64,000 nt of DNA from an uncultured delta proteobacterium (GTDB lineage Bacteria; Myxococcota_A; Polyangia; Polyangiales; Polyangiaceae), in assembly GCA_963806225.1 (NCBI GenBank), contig CAWDXG010000001.1:320001-384000 (forward strand), in the 5' to 3' direction. Under the pieces are notes generated by a model, which worked only from the letters and a program-made list of their open reading frames with translations, had not been told where the DNA came from and did not search any database. This document shows, one piece after another, positions 57,348 through 64,000 of this stretch. The translations under genes and the position numbers were made by a program. Each line of letters starts with the position of its first letter. Position 1 is the first letter of the stretch.

Positions 57348-58160
57348 ATGTCCAGAATGTTCCTTTCGGGTCCTTTCGCGGCGGCTCTGCTGGCCGTGGG
57401 AGCGTCCGCGTGCAGCGCGCAGCTCGGCGAGAGCACCGCTGGCGAGCTCGGTCGCGTCGACTTCAGCTACGGCGCGAGCTGCTTCTTCGGCTGCAGCATG
57501 GACCGGCCGGTGCTGGTCGGCGCTGCCGAGCGAGTGGACGTGACCGGCGACGGCGACGCGCAGGGAGTCACTGCGGTATCGACCGCTCCGACCGTTGCGC
57601 AGTTCAACCTGAAGCGCAGCTGTGCCTGCGAGCAGAGCAGCGGCAACTCGGCGACAGGAATGTCCGTCGACGCGCAGGGCGGGTGCCCCGACGGGTTCAC
57701 GAAGAGCTGCGACAATGCGATCGACATGCGGGCGCTCGCCGCAGGCGACGCCAAGCTCGAGTTGCTCGACCCGCAGGGCAAGCTGCTCGATCGCGTGACG
57801 GTGCACGTGCGCAAGGCCAGCTCGGTCCATTTCGAGAGGTCGAGCGACGGCTTGCAGGACGCGAAGCCCATCGACCAGCTCGTCCTGAAGAGCGGCGAGA
57901 CGGTTACGCTCTCGGCGAAGCTGCTCGACGCCGACGGAAAGCCGCTGATTGCCCGCAACGCCGTTGACTGGGGCAGCCAGGACGTAAGCGTCGCGGGATT
58001 CCCGATCTACCAGATCCTGACCCCGGACATGGTGGACGACTCGGCCCAGGGCCAGAGTGATTGGGTCACCGTCAAGGGCGTCCAGCCTGGCACCACCAGC
58101 ATCAAGCTGGAGGTCAGTGGACTTGCGCAGGCAGTGCCGGTCACCGTGACCGGCAATTGA
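57348..58160 (+). CDS. Lipoprotein with Ig-like domains
   Basis: Lipobox ASAC; beta-rich repeats ending VPVTV. Confidence 0.8.
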   Translation: MSRMFLSGPFAAALLAVGASACSAQLGESTAGELGRVDFSYGASCFFGCSMDRPVLVGAAERVDVTGDGDAQGVTAVSTAPTVAQFNLKRSCACEQSSGNSATGMSVDAQGGCPDGFTKSCDNAIDMRALAAGDAKLELLDPQGKLLDRVTVHVRKASSVHFERSSDGLQDAKPIDQLVLKSGETVTLSAKLLDADGKPLIARNAVDWGSQDVSVAGFPIYQILTPDMVDDSAQGQSDWVTVKGVQPGTTSIKLEVSGLAQAVPVTVTGN

Positions 58161-58207
58161 GCCCTGCCTGCCGCGGCGCGTCGTTCCTCCCGGCGCGCCG
58201 CTTTTCC

Positions 58208-58254
58208 CGCGCCCCGCCCGCATCTCGTTCCGCGGTCGGGGCGTGGCTTTTTTT
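58208..58254 (+). terminator. Rho-independent terminator
   Basis: CGCGCCCCG...CGGGGCGTG stem followed by GC and T7. A second hairpin with T4 lies at 58173-58205. Confidence 0.6.
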
Positions 58255-58326
58255 CTAGCGTCGGGCAGATCTTCCGGTGGGTTCGCGCGTCTCTTCAAGC
58301 GACAACCCCGCTGTGGAGGCGAGAGC

Positions 58327-59232
58327 ATGTGGAAGAAACAGCTGTACCGTTACTCGCTGCTGGTCGCGATGGCGGGGGTCGCCGCGCTCCTCGTCAGCCA
58401 GGACGCGCTCGCCCAGAGCCCGCGCTGGTGGCATTCGCGTCCGGGCTTCTCCGTGACGCTGGTGGGCGCGAACGGTGAGACGCTCCGGACGTTCAGCCAT
58501 CGGGGCCAGACGTTCGTGCTGGGCGAACCGGGTGTCCGCTACGGCATCCGCGTTTCGAACCCGACCTCCCGGCGCGTCGAGGCGGTGATCAGCGTGGATG
58601 GCCGCGACGCGCTCACCGGGCGCGTCGCGGACTTCGTGCACCACCGCGGCTACGTGCTCCAGCCGTTCGGGTCGGTGACCGTTACGGGCTTCCGCCAGAG
58701 CCTGGATCAGGTCGCGTCGTTCCGCTTCACCGATCCGGGTGACAGCTATTCCTCGCGCATGGGCACCCCCCAGAACGTCGGGGTGATCGGTGTCGCGTTC
58801 TTCCCGGAGAAGCAGCGCGCGCCCGTCGCCATCGCCCAGCCGCGGAAGAGGTGGACGCGCCGGCACGCCCGCGCTTCGGCGGCGCCGCCCAGCAAGACCA
58901 AGCGCGCGGCGCCGGCGGAGGACCGCTCGGCAAGGCCGCCCCGCTCCGCCGCCGAAGGCAGCAGCGGATTCGAGCCGACGCCCCGCCGCCGGGTCAACAA
59001 CCTCGGCACCCGTTATGGCGAGTCGCGTTTCAGCCCCGTGCGCCAGGTGTCGTTCATGCGCGCGAGCCCGCGCTCGCCATCGCGCATCGTCCTGCTCCGC
59101 TACGACGACGAGGACGGCCTCGAGGCGCGCGGCATCCAGGTCCACCCGCCGCGCCACTGGCGTTTGCGGCCGCGCCCGGTGGAGCCGCAGGCGTTCCCGC
59201 GCAACGCGCGCTTTGCCCCGCCCCCGCCCTGA
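58327..59232 (+). CDS. Exported conserved hypothetical protein
   Basis: Signal peptide ending ALA; YGIRVSN...SVDGRD...FRFT...NVGVIGVAFF core. Confidence 0.8.
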   Translation: MWKKQLYRYSLLVAMAGVAALLVSQDALAQSPRWWHSRPGFSVTLVGANGETLRTFSHRGQTFVLGEPGVRYGIRVSNPTSRRVEAVISVDGRDALTGRVADFVHHRGYVLQPFGSVTVTGFRQSLDQVASFRFTDPGDSYSSRMGTPQNVGVIGVAFFPEKQRAPVAIAQPRKRWTRRHARASAAPPSKTKRAAPAEDRSARPPRSAAEGSSGFEPTPRRRVNNLGTRYGESRFSPVRQVSFMRASPRSPSRIVLLRYDDEDGLEARGIQVHPPRHWRLRPRPVEPQAFPRNARFAPPPP

Positions 59233-59233
59233 G

Positions 59234-60229
59234 TCAGGGGCAGGCCAGCCGCCAGGCGCCGAGATCCCAGGTCTTGATCAGTGTCGAGAATCCCTGGATC
59301 GACATGTCGCCGCAGACGCTGGCCTGCTTGGCCGGGCCCTGGGAAGGCTGGTCGACGTACTCCACGTGGAACACGGCCTTGCCGGCGTCGAGGAACGGCT
59401 TGAGCTGACCGCATTCCGAGTAGGTTATGCATTCCTCGTTCAGCGCCCAGTCGAACGAGGGCTCGAGCGTCTGGACTAGCTCCACGGCGTTCTTCAGCCC
59501 GACCGACAGCCCGCGCGCGTGGGCCTCGTGCGCGACAAAGGTGTCGTAGTCGAGCTGGTCCTGCTTCGTGAGCGGAAAGCCGGTGTTGTTCGCGTAGCCG
59601 TCGACGTTGTCGGGTTCCACACCGTCGCAGCCGCGGGCCTGGGCCCGATCCAGGCGAGCCTGCATGATCTTCCGCACGTTCGCCGAACGGATGTCGAGCC
59701 AGTTCTCCCCGGGCCAGCCGACCAGGGCGTTGCCATAGTCGCCCGCGGCGAAGTCCCCGGCGTCGCTACGCCAGTCCTCCCGGCTGCCGGCGGAGAAATA
59801 GCAGATGACGATGCGCCCGTCCGCCTTCAGCGTCGTCAGCTTCGCGTCGGGCGTGTCGAATAGATCGACGTCGTACATGGCGACGTTGATCGTCGTGTCG
59901 AGGGTGCCGCTGAGCTGCCACTGCCACCCGGTACCCGGCGCGGGGTGCCAGACCGTGCCCGCCTCGGCTGGCGTGCCGCCGCTGCCGCTGCTGCCCCCTG
60001 AACCCGCGCTACCCCCGGTCGTAGTGCCGCCGGTTCCGCTGCCGCCGCTGCTCGTGGAGCCGCCGTTCGCCGCCGCGCCCGAGCTGCCCCCGCCGCCGTC
60101 GATCGCGCCGCCACCACCGCCGGCAGCGCTCCCGCCGGACGGGGCGTCGCCGGAGCAACCCGCCAGGCCCGCCAGTGCAACGCCGAGCACCATCGGCGCT
60201 CCCCAGCGAGCAGAACGTTGGAAAAGCAT
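59234..60229 (-). CDS. Endo-alpha-1,4-polygalactosaminidase (GH114) lipoprotein
   Basis: Lipobox LAGC; WQWQLSG, ICYFSAGSREDWR, DGVEPDNVDGY, GLKN and NEEC. Confidence 0.92.
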   Translation of the reverse strand: MLFQRSARWGAPMVLGVALAGLAGCSGDAPSGGSAAGGGGGAIDGGGGSSGAAANGGSTSSGGSGTGGTTTGGSAGSGGSSGSGGTPAEAGTVWHPAPGTGWQWQLSGTLDTTINVAMYDVDLFDTPDAKLTTLKADGRIVICYFSAGSREDWRSDAGDFAAGDYGNALVGWPGENWLDIRSANVRKIMQARLDRAQARGCDGVEPDNVDGYANNTGFPLTKQDQLDYDTFVAHEAHARGLSVGLKNAVELVQTLEPSFDWALNEECITYSECGQLKPFLDAGKAVFHVEYVDQPSQGPAKQASVCGDMSIQGFSTLIKTWDLGAWRLACP

Positions 60230-60406
60230 GCCCCGAGTGTAACGGGTTGGGGGTGGCTCGCGCTTCCCCGTGGTCAAAAGCGCATGATTCCGGGTAGTTG
60301 TGGATGTGCGTAAGTTGGTGTCCGGGCGGCCGCCCACCTCGGCATATCCCCTCATGCATCATATGGCAGACCGGGTGTATATGTAGCCACTGGTGATCCC
60401 GGAAAC

Positions 60407-61684
60407 ATGACGAACCCATCGAAAGCTCCCGGGGAGGACGAAGCCGCAAGTCCGGCGGCGCCGGGCGACGCGGCGCGCGGAAAGAGTGGGGAGCACCGGC
60501 TCGCTTCGGGGCTGGTGCAGGCCGATCGTCTAGCTGGGGTCGGCGTGCTGGCGGCGGGGCTGGCGCACGAGATCAACAATCCGCTGGCGTATGCGCTGTT
60601 CAATCTGGAAAGCATCGCGGAAGACGTCGCCGGGGTCGAGTCGCTGTGCACGGCCGGGGCGGAGCTCGAGTCGATCCGTGAGCGCCTCGAGAACCTGGCT
60701 GATTTCCGCGAGCGCCTCGAGGCGGCTGTGGACGGGATGCGCCGCGTGCGCGAACTGGTGCAGGACCTGGAGACGTTCTCGAGTGTTCACAGCGAGCGGC
60801 TGGTGCCGCTCGAGCTTCGCCAGGTGATCGACTCCGTGCTCAGGCTGGGCAATGCGGAATGCCGTCACAGGGCCCGCGTCGTGACCCACTTCCAGGAGAC
60901 GCCCCTGGTGCTCGGCAACCCGTCGCGTCTGGCGCAGGTGTTCCTCAACCTCGTCGTCAACGCCGCCCAGGCGATTCCCGAGGGCAGAAAGGCCGAAAAC
61001 GAGATTCGCGTCGTGCTCTCGACCGATGGCGAGGACGTCGTGGTCGAGGTGCGGGATACCGGGGTCGGCATCCCGCCCGAGCAGTTGGGGCGCTTGTTCG
61101 AGCCCTTCTTCACCACCAAGCCGATCGGGATCGGTTCCGGCCTCGGCCTCAGCGTCTGCCACAACGTGGTCAGTGCGCACGGCGGCAGCATCGAGGTCGA
61201 AAGCACGCCAGGGCAGGGGAGCTCTTTCAGGGTGCGCTTGCCCGCGTCAACCCGGCAGGGTGCACAGCTGGTCGAGGAGCCTCCAGTCTCTGCGGCGCCG
61301 CAGCGCCGCCTGCGCGTGCTCGTCGTGGACGACGAGCCGCAAGTGGGCAAGGCAGTGCGCCGCATGCTGTCGGACAGCCACCAGGTTACGTTGTCGCGCT
61401 CGGGTGACGAGGCGCGGCGCATTCTGGACGAGCAGGTCTTCGACGTCGTCGTGTGCGATCTGATGATGCCGAACGTCTCCGGCATGGATCTGTACGATCG
61501 ACTGCAGCGAACCAGACCCGAGATGGCGCAGCGTGTCGTTTTCATGACGGGTGGCGCGTTCACGGAGCGGGCGCGCCGCTTTGTCGAACGCGTCGACAAC
61601 GTCTGTCTCGGCAAGCCGTTCAACGTGCTCGAGCTGCGCCGCGCCGTCGAACGGCTGGGCAGCCTTGACGAACCAGCGAACTGA
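60407..61684 (+). CDS. Hybrid histidine kinase / receiver protein (cytoplasmic)
   Basis: H-box AHEINNPL, N-box NLVVNAAQA, FEPFFTTK and GSGLGLS; receiver motifs VVDDE, CDLMMP and KPF. Confidence 0.95.
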   Translation: MTNPSKAPGEDEAASPAAPGDAARGKSGEHRLASGLVQADRLAGVGVLAAGLAHEINNPLAYALFNLESIAEDVAGVESLCTAGAELESIRERLENLADFRERLEAAVDGMRRVRELVQDLETFSSVHSERLVPLELRQVIDSVLRLGNAECRHRARVVTHFQETPLVLGNPSRLAQVFLNLVVNAAQAIPEGRKAENEIRVVLSTDGEDVVVEVRDTGVGIPPEQLGRLFEPFFTTKPIGIGSGLGLSVCHNVVSAHGGSIEVESTPGQGSSFRVRLPASTRQGAQLVEEPPVSAAPQRRLRVLVVDDEPQVGKAVRRMLSDSHQVTLSRSGDEARRILDEQVFDVVVCDLMMPNVSGMDLYDRLQRTRPEMAQRVVFMTGGAFTERARRFVERVDNVCLGKPFNVLELRRAVERLGSLDEPAN

Positions 61685-61727
61685 CCAGGCTTCCCGCGGA
61701 CGTCCGGGGTCGAACCGGTGGCGGCAG

Positions 61728-63062
61728 CTAGCTTGCGGGATCGGGCGGCTGGCCCTGCGACAGCAGGGCTGTCATTGCAGCGATCATGGGCGCTACGTCG
61801 CGCGCGCCGGCGGTCTCGCGGCAGGAGTGCATGCCGAGCATCGGGTTGCCAACGTCGATGGTGCGCACCGCCATCCGGGCCGCGGAGATCGGGCCGATCG
61901 TGCTGCCGCACGGCATGTCGTTGCGCGAGACGAAGCGCTGCGGCGAGAAATCCGCCGCTTGGCACGCTTCCTCGAACACCGCGGTGCCCGGGCCGTCCGT
62001 AGCGTAGGACTGGTTGGCGTTCACCTTGAGGACAGGGCCGCGGCCGATGCGCGGCGCGTGATGCTTGTCGTGCTTTTCGGTGTAGTTCGGGTGGATGGCA
62101 TGCGCCATGTCCGCCGACAGCAGCAGCGAGCGGGACAGAGCCCGCGGCGCGGCGTCTCCCGGGCCGCCGTAGGCCTCCGCCACGCGCTCGAGCACGCCGA
62201 AGAGGAAGCGCGAGCGCGCGCCCGCTGCGCTCTGGCTGCCGACCTCCTCGTGATCGTACAGCGCGAGCACCCGCGTGGTCTCTCCCGCTTCGCCCGAGTC
62301 GAGCAGAGCCTGCGTGGCGGCGTGGCACGACGCCAGGTTGTCCAGCCGGGGGGCGAACAGAAGGTCGTTGTGCACGCCGCCCAGGCTTGCCGGTTGCACG
62401 TCGTAGAGGCACAGATCCCATGCGAGCACGTCCTCCACGCCGAGCTTGGCGCCACCTGTGCGGTGGAGCTCCTCCGCGAGCAGGGCGCGCAGGCCGCTGG
62501 CCTCGTCGTCGTCGCGCCCGATCGCGACCATCGGCATCATGTGCGTCTGGGCGTTGAGCACCAGCCCGTTCGAGTTCACGTCACGGTTCAGGTGGATGGC
62601 GAGGTTCGGAATGCGGCACAGCGGCTGCCTGAAACGTACCAGGTGCGTGGCGCCACCGCGCACGCTGACCCGACCTGCCAGTGAAAGGTCGCGATCGAGC
62701 CAGGTCGACAGCAGCACGCCGCCGTACACCTCGACGCCCAGTTGGCGGTAGCTCATCGAGCGGATGTCCGGCGCGGGTTTGACGCGCAGATTGGGCGAGT
62801 CGGTATGCGCGCCGATCATCATGAAACCTGCCTCGGCCGGGGGCCGGCGGCCGGCGATGAAGGCCACCAGCGTCCCGCCTCCGCGGATCACGTAGCTTTT
62901 CGTGCCCGGCTCGATCTTCCAGGTGGTGCGCTCGTCCAGTCCGGAGAAGCCCGCGGCGTCGAGTCTGCGCTTCACCTCTGCCACCGCGTGGTACGGCGTG
63001 GGGCTTTCGTCGATGAACCCGAGCAGATCCCGGGCCGGTTCCAGCTTGTCCTTGTCTGCCAT
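61728..63062 (-). CDS. M18-family aspartyl aminopeptidase
   Basis: SPTPYHAV, GAHTDSP, RLDNL, DHEEVGS, DMAHAIHPNY and MHSCRE. Confidence 0.95.
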   Translation of the reverse strand: MADKDKLEPARDLLGFIDESPTPYHAVAEVKRRLDAAGFSGLDERTTWKIEPGTKSYVIRGGGTLVAFIAGRRPPAEAGFMMIGAHTDSPNLRVKPAPDIRSMSYRQLGVEVYGGVLLSTWLDRDLSLAGRVSVRGGATHLVRFRQPLCRIPNLAIHLNRDVNSNGLVLNAQTHMMPMVAIGRDDDEASGLRALLAEELHRTGGAKLGVEDVLAWDLCLYDVQPASLGGVHNDLLFAPRLDNLASCHAATQALLDSGEAGETTRVLALYDHEEVGSQSAAGARSRFLFGVLERVAEAYGGPGDAAPRALSRSLLLSADMAHAIHPNYTEKHDKHHAPRIGRGPVLKVNANQSYATDGPGTAVFEEACQAADFSPQRFVSRNDMPCGSTIGPISAARMAVRTIDVGNPMLGMHSCRETAGARDVAPMIAAMTALLSQGQPPDPAS

Positions 63063-63148
63063 GACCCACGCACTATACCCCCATCCCCGATACGCAAAGC
63101 GGGTGGGCGAGCCCTCGAGGTTCTGGCGATGCTAGGCTCCCGGCCGCT

Positions 63149-64000
63149 GTGTTGACCCGCGACGTTCGATTCGAAGGTTTCACGACAGCCGACTGGGTGC
63201 GGCTGATCGAGCTGGTGCACCCGCCGCCGAGCCGTCCGCGCGAGCGGGACAGCGCAGCCGCGAGCGGCGAGGCAGCGGCGGAGGGACGTGTCGGCCGCCC
63301 CCACGGCGGTGTCATCGCCATCACGACGGGCAACCGCCTCAGGAAGCTGCTCGGGACCGACGCCGGCCGACTGGACGTGCACGCGCACGACTGGCCGATA
63401 CCCCTCGAGGAGCTCGCCGCACGACACGCGGCGCGCTGGGCGCTCGCGCTGCACACCGGTGCGCTGGAAGAGCTGATGGACCGCTTCGGCGACCGCTTGC
63501 GTCGCGAGCAGGATCTGCTGGCGCAGGGGTTGCTCCTGGTCTCGATCCTGCGCGAGCTGGAATCGGAGGGGGCGATCAACGTGTGGCCGTGGAAGCTCAG
63601 CGCCTGGCCCGTTCCGCACGAGCGCATGCTGCTGCGCGCCTTCGAGGCGTTCTGTCCGGACGGCCGCTCGCTCCTGCTCGGCGCGTTCGAGCATGGCGAG
63701 GTCGCTACCAGCATCGTGGCACGGCGCCACGGCACCGGCTTCGACCTGATCCTGGGTCCGGACGAGCTCAGGCGCGAGATGGGGCTCATCTCGGGAGATT
63801 GGACGCGGGACTATCGTCACCTGGCGCGCGCGGCCGAGCAGCGCGCGGGCTCGCTCGCTCTGGGCTGCTTCGGGGAGGTCGGCACGTTCCGCCGCCTGGC
63901 GGAGCGGCCCGTGCCGGGCGCCTGGGCCGCCGCGGTGGCGGCGCGCGACATCATCCTGTCGCCCGTGGTCCCCGCCATCGCGATCCCGCTCGGCGTGGAC
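63149..64000 (+). CDS. Partial hypothetical protein running off the window end
   Basis: Not in the ORF track. Open frame from GTG 63149 (MLTRDVRFEGFTTADWVRL...IAIPLGVD) with strong GC3 bias and no stop. Confidence 0.8.
   Translation, partial: MLTRDVRFEGFTTADWVRLIELVHPPPSRPRERDSAAASGEAAAEGRVGRPHGGVIAITTGNRLRKLLGTDAGRLDVHAHDWPIPLEELAARHAARWALALHTGALEELMDRFGDRLRREQDLLAQGLLLVSILRELESEGAINVWPWKLSAWPVPHERMLLRAFEAFCPDGRSLLLGAFEHGEVATSIVARRHGTGFDLILGPDELRREMGLISGDWTRDYRHLARAAEQRAGSLALGCFGEVGTFRRLAERPVPGAWAAAVAARDIILSPVVPAIAIPLGVD

Noticed and set aside
1..64000. Many long overlapping Arg/Ala/Pro-rich ORFs in the six-frame track (e.g. 3817..5691, 28847..30748, 53093..55162)
   Set aside because: They are shadow or antisense frames of real genes caused by high GC3 and carry no recognisable motifs.

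Overview
This is a GC-rich (roughly 70%) bacterial chromosomal window. Its gene content points to Myxococcota, most likely Polyangiaceae-like: a bactofilin triplet, a Hanks kinase/TPR/Cys-rich lipoprotein module, a MYXO-CTERM protein and many DAG-linker lipoproteins. Most of the window is core or semi-core (pyrE, trmH-like, aroF, trxA, purB, rnj, cyclophilin, thiolase, 3-hydroxyacyl-CoA dehydrogenase, M18 aminopeptidase). The exception is a ~12 kb mosaic island at ~38.4-50.7 kb. It holds three remnants of an IS91-like (Y2/HUH rolling-circle) transposase, three oriIS-like end motifs (two are 26/29 nt identical), related palindromic sequences in inverted orientation at both island edges, and more than ten truncated gene fragments abutting in alternating orientation. 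A few cargo genes are intact, including a translationally coupled small-protein + stand-alone 7TM pair, an NmrA-family gene and FTCD. Several otherwise intact genes carry single-base frameshifts that look like long-read assembly errors. I saw no rRNA, tRNA or CRISPR array. All family assignments come from reading motifs by eye, not from database searches.
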